DNA of 63,710 nucleotides, the filler included, from Octopus bimaculoides (lineage: Eukaryota), in the NCBI RefSeq assembly GCF_001194135.2. It is 5 parts of 5 records of this genome, joined end to end, with 100 filler letters (N's around TTAATTAATTAA, not from the genome) between each part and the next. Parts side by side here need not be neighbours in the genome. Positions count along the whole stretch, not along the records: positions 36,220 to 61,258 come from NC_068985.1; 4 more parts are not named here. One strand, written 5' to 3'. The notes under the pieces are model-generated. The model searched no databases. It saw only the letters and a list, made by a program, of their open reading frames with translations, and was not told the DNA's origin. Shown in pieces: positions 48,839 to 61,258 of this stretch. The number at the start of each line of letters is the position of its first letter. Position 1 is the stretch's first letter. Position numbers and translations under genes: made by a program.

Positions 48839-50183
48839 TAACTAAGACTGGTTAGATTCGTTATTTTTTTCTTCTTGTTTTGGTTTTGTGAGTTACAAGT
48901 ATTGCTATCTGTTGGAGTTTTAGCACTTTTGCTGCTATTTCTGAACTTCGGTATGTGGTGAAGCAACTGTTGCTGATCCCTTAATTATGTTTATATATAT
49001 ATAAAATGAAGAATGGAAAGTTCTGTATACACGAGCGATAAGCATATAAGAAAGAAAGGGAATGTAAAAGTAACAGAAAGTTTGTATAACTAAATTTTTG
49101 GTGATGTTAGGATCATGTTACATCAATACATCATTACAAATTAAATAAGTACCGGTTTCACGATCAAACGATTGTCAACTTATATAGAGAAAACTTTTTT
49201 TGCTTCAATAGGACGCCATCTTTGAAAAAAGTGTCTATTATATATATACGAGCACAGAAATCGTCCCATCGTTAAGGTAATTCAGTTAATAAAACAAGTT
49301 TACATATTTCTTTTGCATTCTCTTTTTCATAATTGTCATCTTGTAACTAGAACTTCTCTGTTTTAAAACCCATCAAAAATTATTTTTGAGTGGTTTTGGA
49401 GGGCTGGTACGGATTAATTATATATTACTTAATTTCAATGGGGAAAAATTGATTTGTAAAACGTGTAAATCGTAAGACAAGCTCAGTCAGCTAAAGAATT
49501 TCATACTGTGAGGTATTACTGTATAAGTGAGGTCTGTGTGAAAGTGAGCAGGAAAGTTTACTATTTCAATTTGAAATTACATGCTAAGAAAAAAACAAAA
49601 GAAAAAAACAACGACATGAATATTAATCTACTTCTTTAAAATTCCTATTTATACATTTCAGGCTTCTTTTATATTGAAAATTACATATATAGCTGTATTT
49701 GTGTATGTAAACACACATATGTATGATTAAATAAAACTTCGTATCTCAACAGAAAAATACAGGTTTAGAAACATAAATTTATATGATATTTATATCAACA
49801 TTCGCTATAGATTTTACTGCTCGTTTTTTTTTCCTTTCCTTGTGTTTTATAAATTCATATGTATATTTTAGATCGTTTCCGTATTTCAATTATTTCACAT
49901 TTCTTTTCAGTGTATATTTCCATACTTGTAGTTTGTTTTCATCGATAATTTTGTATCATTTTCTTCTGCAGCATAAAAAGTGATGTATGTCAGAAAAGCT
50001 ACTGAATGTGTTAACATCTGTAAACGCGCTTTAAAATACATGTCAAAATTTAAAATCTCGTTAGCGTTGATTACGGGTAATATCAAAAGCACAAACTGAT
50101 AAATATCTTTTACTGATTCAATACACATGTCACACACACACGCACGCATCCACACACACACACACACACACACACAGACATAC

Positions 50184-50650
50184 AGGAGTGGCATTGTGGT
50201 AGTAGGTTGCTTACCAATTACATGGTTCCGGGTAGTCCCAGTGTGTGGCACCTTGGGCAAGTGTCCTCTACTATAGTCTCGGGTCGACCAAGCCTTGTGA
50301 GTGGATTTGGTAGACGAAAACTGAAAGACGCCTGTCGTATAAAGACGCCTGTCGTATATATATATATATATATATATACTATAGGCTTCTTTCAGTTACC
50401 GTCTACGAAATTCAGTCACAAATCCACTCATATATATATGTGTGTGTGTGTGTGTGTATATTTGTGTGTCTGTGTTTGTCTCCCCACCGTCGCTTGGCAA
50501 CCGATGTTGTTTGGTTTACGCCCCCGTAACTTAGTGGTTTGGTGGAAGCGACCGACAGCATACGTACTACGCTTACAAAGAATAAGTCGATTTGCTCGAC
50601 TAAAGGTGTTGCTCCAGCATGTCCGCAGTCAAATGCTTGAAACTCTAAAA
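50184..50650 (+). mobile_element. SINE family A, full length, with a short inverted duplication in the linker
   Basis: Head to tail present; 50384-50430 is the reverse complement of 50297-50335. Confidence 0.9.
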
Positions 50651-51144
50651 AAAAAATACAAGAATAAAATCCAGGGTAAAATACTCAGCACATTTCGTCC
50701 GTCTTGCATTCTGAGCTCCTTTTGGAGTCGATAAAATACGTAGCAGTCTGGTACGCGGTTCGCTGTAACTGAATTATACTCTCCTGCGAAATCGCTGACC
50801 TTGGGCTAAAATTTGAAACCAAGTAAGTACGCGCGTGTGGCAAGCTTGCTGACCCGTCCAAGCGTCGGTAAGATTCCATTTTTATTAAGTCCTGATTTCA
50901 CATCCCGTTGCAGTCAACTTTGCCAATCAGGCATTCGGTGGCGATAAAATTAACCCACTCATGCCGATCGTCCGTTTAAATTTAATTTATAAGGATATAA
51001 AACAAATACTTCATACAAATTGTGATTTACGTATGATCTGTATCAAAGAATAAAACATGTTCTTACTGCATATGCAGTCTGTTTCAAATGAATTTAAATG
51101 AAAATATTTTCAGTTGTTATTTAGGTAAAAATAATAGTATCTGT

Positions 51145-51366
51145 GATGTTAAATTGTACGCTGACGAAGGGTAAATACCCGGAAACCCGTGTCCGTGCGT
51201 ATTACGTCAGATCGACGATGGGAAGGATGACTTCCCGTTGCAAATACCGACAGGGAGCAGAAAGTGTGTCAATAGCCAGCTGGAGGAGATGTTCTCCTGG
51301 GGCTAAAAGCTACAGTAGCATTCATCCTTAGGGTTTAACCGCATTTAAGTGGCAAATATCCTTCAC
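51145..51366 (+). mobile_element. 222-bp hammerhead-bearing retroelement unit with 12-bp TSD
   Basis: AATAGTATCTGT at 51133-51144 and 51367-51378; body homologous to 60199-60410. Confidence 0.8.
51155..51199 (+). ncRNA. Type I hammerhead ribozyme
   Basis: Stem I TGTACG/CGTGCG; CTGACGA 51161-51167; stem II GGGT/ACCC; GAAA 51182-51185; ACCCGTGT; GUC 51191-51193. Confidence 0.7.
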
Positions 51367-51762
51367 AATAGTATCTGTCAATTTTCAAGCAATTTCATTC
51401 ACTAGAAAAATTTTGACACGAATGGATTAAAGTAGGATGAATGATATCGACCAAACTCCCTTCTGTGAAATCTGGTCTTCTTGTCTCTAAATCAGAAACC
51501 ATTGTTATTGTTGATGCCGTTGATGGCATCAAAAGCAATGTCTTCGTAAGCTATGGATTCTTCTTCTATTGTGTTTGGCTTTTGTGAAGCTGTTAAGTTC
51601 TTTTAGTTGGTACATTATCCGATGTACATAGTCTCTTGTGTAGCTTATTACATCTGAAACACCTGCTGAGAGAAAATGATACAAAAACTCTAAAATAAAC
51701 GGAAACTAGCAAGTAATCATTAAGCATTCTGTCTTTCTATAATGAATGCAATCTATGTGAGT

Positions 51763-51764
51763 GG

Positions 51765-51806
<42 letters not shown>

Positions 51807-52255
51807 CGATGATGATGATGATGATGAGAAGATGGAAAAGAAGAGGCAGTAGAAGGAGAAGGAAAAGGAGAAGGAAAAGGAGATGAAGAAGAAGGAACAT
51901 GAAAGGGAGATGAAGAAGGAGAAGGAAAAGGAGATGAAGAAGGACAAGGAAAAGGAGAAGAAGAAGAAGAAGAAGAAGAAGAAGAAGAAGGAGGAGGAGG
52001 AGGATGATGATGAGGAGGAGGAAGAGGTGAGGGGAAAGGAGAAGAAGAAGAAGAAGAAGAAGAAGAAGAAGAAGAAGAAGAAGAAGAAGAAGAAGAAGGA
52101 AAAGGAGATGAAGAAGGACAAGGAAAAGGAGAAGAAGAAGAAGGAGAAGAAGAAGAAGGAGGAGGAGGAGGAGGGGGAAATGTTAGGGAAAAGGAGAAGA
52201 AGAAGAAGAAGAAGAAGAAGAAGAAGAAGAAGAAGAAGAAGAAGAAAGAAAGAAA
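51763..52255. repeat. Compound (GAT)n/(GAA)n/(GAG)n purine-rich repeat
   Basis: Direct reading; source of the poly-K/E and poly-F/S pseudo-ORFs. Confidence 0.95.
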
Positions 52256-52264
52256 AGGCCATCG

Positions 52265-52530
52265 ATGTATTTCACAAAATAATGTAGGAAACGAAAATCA
52301 TAGATATTGCAATTCCTGGAAAAGTAAGAATAGTTGACAAAAACTAGGAAACATTGAGATGTAGAAGCCATTACACAAGAGCAATGAAGAAAGTAAATAT
52401 AATCCCAGCATTAACAACTGGGTTTCAGAAATTCGTTGGGGTAAATGGGATCGACATGGGGGTAGAACATGCCCAGAAAATTGCATTATTGGGGGCAGTT
52501 AGGTACTTGACCAATGGTTTGTTTCAACCA
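52265..52530 (+). mobile_element. Decayed R4/Dong-like 3' end
   Basis: IIDIAIPGKVRIVDKN*...KKVNIIPA..TGFQKFVGVNGIDMGVEHAQKIALLGAVRYL. Confidence 0.75.
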
Positions 52531-52580
52531 CCAGAAATGGACAATTATTTATATAAGCAGCACTGATAAGAAGCGTTTAT

Positions 52581-52808
52581 ACAATTCTATATGAGATGGG
52601 GAATTATTTACATTATTTACATTTGTCCTCATCTACTTTGTTGTTAACGTTTCGGCTGATATACCCTCTAGCCTCCACTAGGTGTCTCAGAGAAATCTCA
52701 AGCCTGGGTTCTCATTCCTACGGTATTTTTCGATATTATTATTATTATCATTAAGGTCACTGCCTGGAATCGAACTCGGAATCTTAACTACTACACCATA
52801 TCCCCGTG
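52581..52808 (-). mobile_element. tRNA-headed SINE with hammerhead-like 3' half, decayed copy
   Basis: A-box 52788-52798, B-box GAGTTCGATTCC 52766-52777; stem II and GAAACGTT retained at 52642-52686, core mutated to CTAGTGG. Confidence 0.8.
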
Positions 52809-53000
52809 GTAAATGATGGACTGAATTTTAGAGCTTGTAAATCTAATATTTTCCTATCCTTCCTTAATACCGGTTCCTATATGCTGTTCATATCTGCACT
52901 CGCTCTGCTTAGGATGGTGTTGTATCCTAGCATTTGCGCTGCTTCTTTCAGTTTTCACATTTTCCAGTGGTGTTCTGTGTCTATTATTTTAACTTCCCCT

Positions 53001-53250
53001 GTTGGAATGTGGCGTAGTGGATAAGAGTGCGGGCTACTTACCCCAAGATTCCGAGATCGATTCCAGGCAGTGACCTGAATAAAAATAATAATGACAATAA
53101 CAACATTGAAAAATACCTTTAGAATGAGAACCCAGGTTCGAAATTTCCCCAAGACACCTGATGAAGGCTGAAGAGTATATCAGCCGAAACATTGTGTTAA
53201 CAACAAACAAGATGAGGACAAATATCCGTCAAATGTAAATGATATAAATA
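53001..53250 (+). mobile_element. tRNA-headed SINE with hammerhead in its 3' half
   Basis: A-box TGGCGTAGTGG 53010-53020, B-box-like GAGATCGATTCC 53053-53064, hammerhead 53153-53198, AATGTAAAT-type tail. Confidence 0.85.
53153..53198 (+). ncRNA. Type I mini-hammerhead inside the SINE (stem III point mutation)
   Basis: Stem I GACAC/GTGTT; CTGATGA 53158-53164 plus extra A; stem II GGCTG/CAGCC; GAAA 53186-53189; ACAT in place of the ACGT seen in the sister copy. Confidence 0.75.
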
Positions 53251-53675
53251 AGGTGAATAAAAAGAGTTTACTTCAGAATGAATAGTATTTGAACGTAGGA
53301 TATAAAGACTTTGAAGGATATGAATCTAAGCATTTCGTTCGACTCGCAACTCTGCCAGTTTTACGATCGTGATGTACAACAATAATGAAGTAATTTTTTT
53401 TTTTTTCCCTCTTCAGCTTTGGTATAATGTTAAAAAAAAAGGCAATTTAAATGCAGAAAGACGACAATGGTGTAGGAGAGAAACAGAGTGGCAAACAATA
53501 ATAGTGACAGAGAGAAACCGAGGAAGAAGAATTGGAAGACATAGGGAGAGGGAGTAACTAAGAGACAAGAAAGAATATATAGACGTGGCAAATTTTATGA
53601 CGTCACTCTGTAATTAATTCTCTCATCTAATTCCTTCTAATCTTCACTTCTCCTCTCTATCTCTCTCTTTCTCTC

Positions 53676-53715
<40 letters not shown>

Positions 53716-54077
53716 TCTCTCTCTCTCCATGCGCTGGCTGCAATACACTTTCTATTGCATCATAATATATAATACAAAAATGTTGCGTTACAACTGAAAA
53801 AGTGCTAAGATTTTCTGCACATAAGCATGTATCTGTGCATGTTTGCTAATAAATAAATAAGTAAATCTCNNNNNNNNNNNNNNNNNNNNNNNNNNNNNNN
53901 NNNNNNNNNNNNNNNNNNNNNNNNNNNNNNNNNNNNNNNNNNNNNNNNNNNNNNNNNNNNNNNNNNNNNNNNNNNNNNNNNNNNNNNNNNNNNNNNNNNN
54001 NNNNNNNNNNNNNNNNNNNNNNNNNNNNNNNNNNNNNNNNNNNNNNNNNNNNATACATACATACATACATACATACA

Positions 54078-54108
<31 letters not shown>

Positions 54109-54272
54109 TTGAAAGTCTTTCTGGAAATTATTTACTAGTACACTTTTTAAGTATAAAGTGGATTATTTTAAAAACATTATTCTCCATAAAACAGTTGTAA
54201 AATCTTTTATCAGGATATTACGAGAAGTTTTTTTCTAATGTGTTCGTGCGCTTTCGGTCAATATTTTCATGC

Positions 54273-54303
<31 letters not shown>

Positions 54304-55450
54304 CAGGGCGTCTTATGTTTTAGACTCTTCCTAAAGAATATCACTTCAGGTAATATTATCTCCATTTTACATCAAGATTTGTATATGTCTTTTGTTCATG
54401 TGTCTATTGTTTCGTTCGTCCATAACAGGTTTGTAAACATACAAGGCATTGAAATCAAAACGGGACCAGATTGTCGTTTTGAAAGCAGCTGGAGTTAGCA
54501 ACAAAGACATTACAAAACGTTGTTCAATACCCGAAAAGAATATATAGAGTCCGCTATTACCTCTATCAAGCCAATTTCTGGTAGGAAACGATCAATTCTT
54601 ATTGAATTGCTTATAGCTGTGTAGTTGAAAATCAACCGTAATCCCGGCAGGAGTGCAAGAAAAACTGCTAAAGCTCCTGATATTTCTAAATTATCAATGT
54701 ACAGGATTTTTAAAGAGGATTGAAATCTAAATGCATACAATAAACAAATCCGGGCAGTTAATTTCAGCAGCTTCAAGGAAGACTCTGCTTGACAAGAGTA
54801 AAACCATATCAGCTGAGATGAAGCATGCCGCCAACAAAGTGTTGATCTGGTCCGACGAGAAGATCTTCCCTGTGGAGGCAGTTACCAACAGGTAGAATGG
54901 CAGGTTTTATACACGTACTGCAGGATACTTACCCGAATGTAGGAGTAACTTACACCTTCCAAAGCCAGCTTCACACATGGTGTGAGCACCAGATGCATCT
55001 GATAGGTCCAAGTCTCCCTTGAGCTTCATTGATGCTGGCGTCAAGATCGAATGTGAAGTTTATGTGGAGGTGTTGTATGAGAAAGCGTTACCCTGGGTCA
55101 CAGAAACCTTTCATGGTTTTACATCTTAGGGCCACACATCCAAATAAATTGATACAGAGGTGGTTCAAAGAGCATTACAGCAGATATGGTCTCCCTCAAG
55201 TCCATATATCAATCCTATGGACTTTGTTGTCGAATACATTTTAGAGAGTATTTTGTCTGCTTGCTCCTATTCAAATGTGTCTGATCTGAAGAAAGCCGTT
55301 CGGATTTCATGGGTGAAGCTGGATGAAGAGGTGGTGAGACGCTCACGCAAAACAGTGACCACTCGTTTGCAGGCTATGATCAAGGTGAAAGGTGGTCATT
55401 TGGAAATGTAATTACTGCAAACGATTGACAATTTACATTGTTCGAAATAT
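54304..55450 (+). mobile_element. Decayed Tc1/mariner-superfamily (maT/DD37D-like) transposon
   Basis: TA-CAGGG start; KINRNPGRSARKTAK (HTH), LIWSDEKIFPVE, KPASHMV, FIDAGVK, WSPSSPYINPMDF, LKKAVRISWVKL, IKVKGGHLEM*. Confidence 0.88.
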
Positions 55451-55810
55451 ATATAAGTTACCTTAGTAATTATTCATATATAAAAGAAAGGAGGCTTAAT
55501 AAGGGATATTAATCCAGGTGAAGTATTTCGTAAGTCTTCTGTGAATGAAAATACACCAGGTTAACATTCTGTCTCAAGAGAAACATAATGAACTAGACAG
55601 AACTGGAGGAAACGCAGTCATGGTCGACTCGCTGAAGAGGTTACAGTGGTGTGATGAAAGGTTTCTAGACAAAAGTCATAAGATTAAATAAGAACAATAA
55701 TAAACAAGTGAAGGACGAATATATAGTGCGTGTGTTTAATTATTTGGCAAGAATAAAAAGAAAATGACCGTCCCAAAGTATATTTTGACGCTTAGCAAAA
55801 ATGGAAACGT

Positions 55811-55846
55811 CTTTTACGTTTCGAGCCTACGCTCTTCGACAGTAAG
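55811..55846 (-). ncRNA. Mini-hammerhead variant (CUGUCGA core)
   Basis: Minus strand CCTTA-CTGTCGA-A-GAGC-GTAG-GCTC-GAAA-CGTA-AAAG; perfect stem II, ACGT palindrome, GUA triplet. Confidence 0.65.
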
Positions 55847-56691
55847 GAATAAGATGAACAGAGAGAAAGAAAAAATACGTGTTGAGTTCCGTGGTCCAAT
55901 ATGACGAATGGTTATATACACGTGTGCGTGCGTGTGTACGTGTGAGTACATTCATAACCCCAGTTTGTCTATTGATAGCCGGCTCACATTCATCCATATT
56001 TTTTATTTTTACTTTCAAAATAACCTTGCATTTGTGCGGATATGATTTCTCACGCAGCTTCCTCATTGCCGTAGGATATTATAAAATATAAAAAGAATCA
56101 AGAAATGAAATGATAGTGAGACATTTGTACGTCACAGGATTTAAATGACGAAATCTCGTACAACACTGTTACAACATTTTCGATTGGCAATCATAAGCGT
56201 TGCAAATGATGGTTTTGTTGCGACTGCAACATTTATATCCGAACATCTTTCTCTTGTCAAAATTAATGCGAGGTTTTTCTATCCCTCGAAATCAATTTAA
56301 CCCAGACATGGCATCCTGACAGATGTTTTAACTTTTCCCGGTCAAAATGAACCTGGCAATAATGATTAGGATGTCCCTTCAAGTTCAAGAACTACAGAAC
56401 ACTCGGAATGGAGCCTCACCACATAAATCAATCTATGCCGTACATACGGCGCATAATACGAACAAACACACACGCACGCACATACACACACTCACGCTTA
56501 TATATATATATATATNNNNNNNNNNNNNNNNNNNNNNNNNNNNNNNNNNNNNNNNNNNNNNNNNNNNNNNNNNNNNNNNNNNNNNNNNNNNNNNNNNNNN
56601 NNNNNNNNNNNNNNNNNNNNNNNNNNNNNNNNNNNNNNNNNNNNNNNNNNNNNNNNNNNNNNNNNNNNNNNNNNNNNNNNNNAATAATAAT

Positions 56692-57012
56692 ATGGAAATA
56701 GAGATAACTCGAATGTGGAGTCTAAAAACTGAAACAATTCCTATCATAGTAGGGGCCTTAGGTATAATAAAAAATATATTCAGACAAATACATAACAAAA
56801 ACACCAGGACTTACAAATATATATAACATACAGAAAATTGCACTACTGGCTACTGCACACATTCTACGCAAAACACTTTCAATACAGTAAACATAAGAGC
56901 ACCACAGCAAACCACAGCACATACCCAAGGCGCACAGAGCTGCGCTCGGTAGTGAAGTGAAAGCACGTTATAAAAATAAAACTACTGAATAATAATAATA
57001 ATAATAATAATG
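56692..57012 (+). mobile_element. R4/Dong-like 3' end with (TAA)n tail
   Basis: EIEITRMWSLKTETIPIIVGALGII...IQKIALLATAHILRKTLSIQ*, UTR, then (AAT)n; AATAATAAT also at the 5' side. Confidence 0.9.
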
Positions 57013-57982
57013 CATGTTGAAGATGATGGCTGTCCTTTCATCACAATGGAAGACCATCACTGACCACTGTCCATGCAAAATGCTAGCAATGACCGTGTGT
57101 AGTTATGGCAGCCTCAGTCGGCTTACACCGGCTTCGTGTCCGCAGGTTCCGTGCTCCCCACTTACTTGAGTGGTCATCGGGTTGTCGCCTCGTTGGCAAT
57201 TGTACAACATAACATTTTAGGTTGAACAGTACATCATACACCCTCTCCACCACATTGAAAGGATTCAGAGACACACTAGGCCAGGATGTCTAGTATTACT
57301 ATGAATAGTAGTCTTGGAAATGCAGAAGTGCCATGATCTCATGCACAAGCAGTAGATCTACAAAATGTTCAATGCCATTCCCTGAATTTCCGATTGATAT
57401 GTCACTTAATCTAAGAGACATGCCTTCACAAAAGCTCATTTCCTGTGATCATTTCCTGTGATCTTCCAAACTCCGAACATCTCGGATATTTTGGGTGCCC
57501 GTTATGTTGCTAGACAATTGTTTGAACATACACTATAATCATCCGTCCTTTTGACAGGTCTTGTTATTAATCTGGCTGAGTTTCTAGCAACACTCATCAC
57601 CAGGCAAGCCTAGTGTAGGTACAAGTTTAGACGCCACCGACACGACCATAATACAGGTTGTACGGGACACCATGTTACCAGCTGCACACATGAGAGACCT
57701 CATAAGTACGATACAGGTGAAAAATATAAGCGACCAATGACGAAGGAAATATAGTACCATTTTCATTTTATGACATGGATTTCTTCTAATCCGATGAGCT
57801 ACCTTAATATCTGCATTAATCTAAAGACTGTTTATAGTAATGTAGACATATATGTAATTTATTTAATGTAAAATATCATGATAAATTATGTACGCACGTT
57901 TTATTACGTTGTCAAACGATTGTTGTTACATAAGAATTTCCAATGGTTCAATAAACTTTATCACACTGTATTTCTCTCGTAA

Positions 57983-58036
<54 letters not shown>

Positions 58037-58599
58037 TAGATATATATAGGGAGAAATCACGAAAAAACAACAGACGAAGACAGGTGGTGTAAACAACAAA
58101 TGGATGTATTAGTATATATATAAATAAAAAAAAGCTACAAGGATATTGAAGGTTAATGCAGTACGATCGTTTCATGCGACTCAATTTGCTTAAGCAATGT
58201 GAGCATTACATTAAATGTAACATGCAGAGCAATCTTCAGCTGCACAAAGATACAGAAAATTTATTGAAATTTCATTTCAGTACAAGGACATATTATTGTA
58301 ACTACATTTAAACACTCCAAGTGGGAAGGAAGAATACAAAAAAATTTTTTTTAATTTGGCAGACCATTGGCTAGTAATTAATTCCAAGCAGAATTTAACA
58401 GTGAGTAATTTTATTTGCTTTTGGGTCTTTTGTTTCATCTAATCAGACCTAGTGAACCTTAAGCATGCTTGTTATTTTTTTCATTTTAATCACCGTATTT
58501 TGGAATTGTTTGGATAATACCATACTTAATTCTGGTGTCTAAATTTAAGTACCATATTCACCTTGAATCTCTCCCCCTCTCTGTCTGTCTGTCTGTCTG

Positions 58600-58704
<105 letters not shown>

Positions 58705-59869
58705 NNNNNNNNNNNNNNNNNNNNNNNNNNNNNNNNNNNNNNNNNNNNNNNNNNNNNNNNNNNNNNNNNNNNNNNNNNNNNNNNNNNNNNNNNNNNNNNN
58801 NNNNNNNNNNNNNNNNNNNNNNNNNNNNNNNNNNNNNNNNNNNNNNNNNNNNNNNNNNNNNNNNNNNNNNNNNNNNNNNNNNNNNNNNNNNNNNNNNNNN
58901 NNNNNNNNNNNNNNNNNNNNNNNNNNNNNNNNNNNNNNNNNNNNNNNNNNNNNNNNNNNNNNNNNNNNNNNNNNNNNNNNNNNNNNNNNNNNNNNNNNNN
59001 NNNNNNNNNNNNNNNNNNNNNNNNNNNNNNNNNNNNNNNNNNNNNNNNNNNNNNNNNNNNNNNNNNNNNNNNNNNNNNNNNNNNNNNNNNNNNNNNNNNN
59101 NNNNNNNNNNNNNNNNNNNNNNNNNNNNNNNNNNNNNNNNNNNNNNNNNNNNNNNNNNNNNNNNNNNNNNNNNNNNNNNNNNNNNNNNNNNNNNNNNNNN
59201 NNNNNNNNNNNNNNNNNNNNNNNNNNNNNNNNNNNNNNNNNNNNNNNNNNNNNNNNNNNNNTATATATATATATATATATATATGAGGCAATGAAGATCC
59301 CTGTGCGAATTGCATTCTTCAAAACAGCTGTCATGAATATGAATATTCATTTTTTTTTTGAAAGTTTGTTCCATATTCTTTGAATTCTTTTACATTTTTA
59401 TGTTGTTATATATAGAATTGAAAACAATATGGATGGTTGCAGATATGTAAATTTTTAATGTTATTTCAAATTGTCTCTATTGTCAGAATCAATTATACTT
59501 TTATAAATATTCCTCATATTTATGTAATATTTTATCTTGAGTTTAACTTTAAATTTCGTTTTCTCAATGCGTTTCTCTGTATTCCTTTTCTAACCGTCGA
59601 AAGTTTTTTTTTTATTTTTGCAACATATAAAACCATATGAACGTTACGTCAGATAATTTCCGGGTATGAAAATGTATTGCGACTGAACAAATGCAGGAAA
59701 CGCTTGACAAATGTTGGAAACCATTACAATTTACGAAGCCAGACCCGGAATAGCACATACTTATTGCAGTCTACCATTGGAACCTCCGTTGATACATGCA
59801 TCCCTTTCTTTAACAATTTACGTCACTACTCTCATTTTCTTTCTTTCTGTCTGTCTCTCTGTCTTTCCC

Positions 59870-59935
<66 letters not shown>

Positions 59936-60198
59936 GCGAAGACAGGTGTAGCAACAGAAGCAAATGTATTAGTTTTGACGCACAGGAAAATGGAAGAAAT
60001 AATAAATCTCTGAACGAGGTATAAACAGTAGCTGCACGGCAACGTGAAGTATACTTGTCGTGCAGCTACTGTTTATAACTCGTTCAGAGATTTACTATTG
60101 CTTGTTTACACTTTTTCGAGATCAGTGAATTTTCGTCACTGGAAAAAGGATATATGTATTTGCATTGGGACCCCTTCGCATCGAAGATCGGTGATTGT

Positions 60199-60410
60199 CG
60201 TATGCTGACGAAGGATAAATACCCAGAAACCCGGGTCCGTGCGTATCACGTCAGATCGACGATGGGAATGATGACTTCGCTTTGCAAATATCGACAGGAC
60301 ACGGAAAGTGTGTCAATAGCCAGCTGGAGGAGATGTTCTCCTGGGGCTACAAGCTACAGTAGCATTCACCCTTAGGGGTTAGCCGCATTTAAGTCGCAAA
60401 TATACTTCAC
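60199..60410 (+). mobile_element. Second copy of the hammerhead-bearing unit (hammerhead 60199-60243)
   Basis: CTGACGA 60205-60211; GAAA 60226-60229; perfect palindrome ACCCGGGT; GUC 60235-60237; stem I CGTATG/CGTGCG. Confidence 0.82.
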
Positions 60411-61031
60411 AAAAATGGAAGCCTGTTACATTTCGAGCCAACGCTATCGACTGAAAGGAATACGAGGAAATAAATTGAGTGAGAATGAAAAAAAAAAAAA
60501 AAGAGTGTTGAGTTCAGTCGTCCAACATGGCGAATTATTGGAATTCAAGGTTAAATGAAAAGGAGATAATAATAATAAAGAGAGGTTGAATGAAGGAGAG
60601 ATAATTCATGGTGATGCCGACAAGAGGAGCACCCCAAGCGTTTGTGTGTACCTGTGAAATGGGGAGAGTGAGTGTGTGCGTGTGTAACGTGTGTTGGTGC
60701 ATATGTATATATGTTTCACGCACACACAAGCACATGCATACACACATATATACCGGCAATAGATGAAAGTTAGATATTCTCAGTACATTAAATGCGTAGT
60801 AGTTACCAAATAGATTTGAACTTAAACCCTGAATACTTAATCCAGGGCAAGAGCCGCAATGTCAAGGATGGCTGTAATAGTATTCCATAAAATACATGGT
60901 ATGGGAGTAGTGATGCAGATAAATTCAATTAGGTTTGACATCTATATATATTTTGCACTCTACAAAACAGCTGTCATGAATATGAATGTTTTCTGTTTAA
61001 AGTTTGCTCTATATTCTTGGAATTCCATTAA

Positions 61032-61074
<43 letters not shown>

Positions 61075-61258
61075 GTGTGTGTGTGAGTGAGAAAGTGTGT
61101 GTGTATGTGTGTGTGTATATATGTGTGTGTGTGAGTATATAAGATTTGATGGCATTCAAAGTATATGGAACAAACATTCAAACTTTAAACAAATATAAAT
61201 ATATATATATGATTTATTGTATATATATTTTTGTTTGTGTGTGTTTTTGTGTATATAT

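Noticed and set aside
49212-49223. YY1-like GACGCCATCTTT
   Set aside because: Single motif in AT-rich DNA with no CpG-rich context.
51497-51666. Strong minus-strand NAGNAG acceptor and a YEDIAF tyrosine-motif-like peptide
   Set aside because: The YEDI frame has stops between the acceptor and the motif; the frame open from the acceptor (GVSDVISYTRDYVHRIMYQL...) is unrecognised; no partner exons found.
51753-52287. Poly-K/E/R and poly-F/S ORFs
   Set aside because: Trinucleotide repeat tract, open on both strands, no splice or domain support.
8412-53064. tRNA genes
   Set aside because: A/B-box heads run directly into SINE bodies and lack complete cloverleaves.
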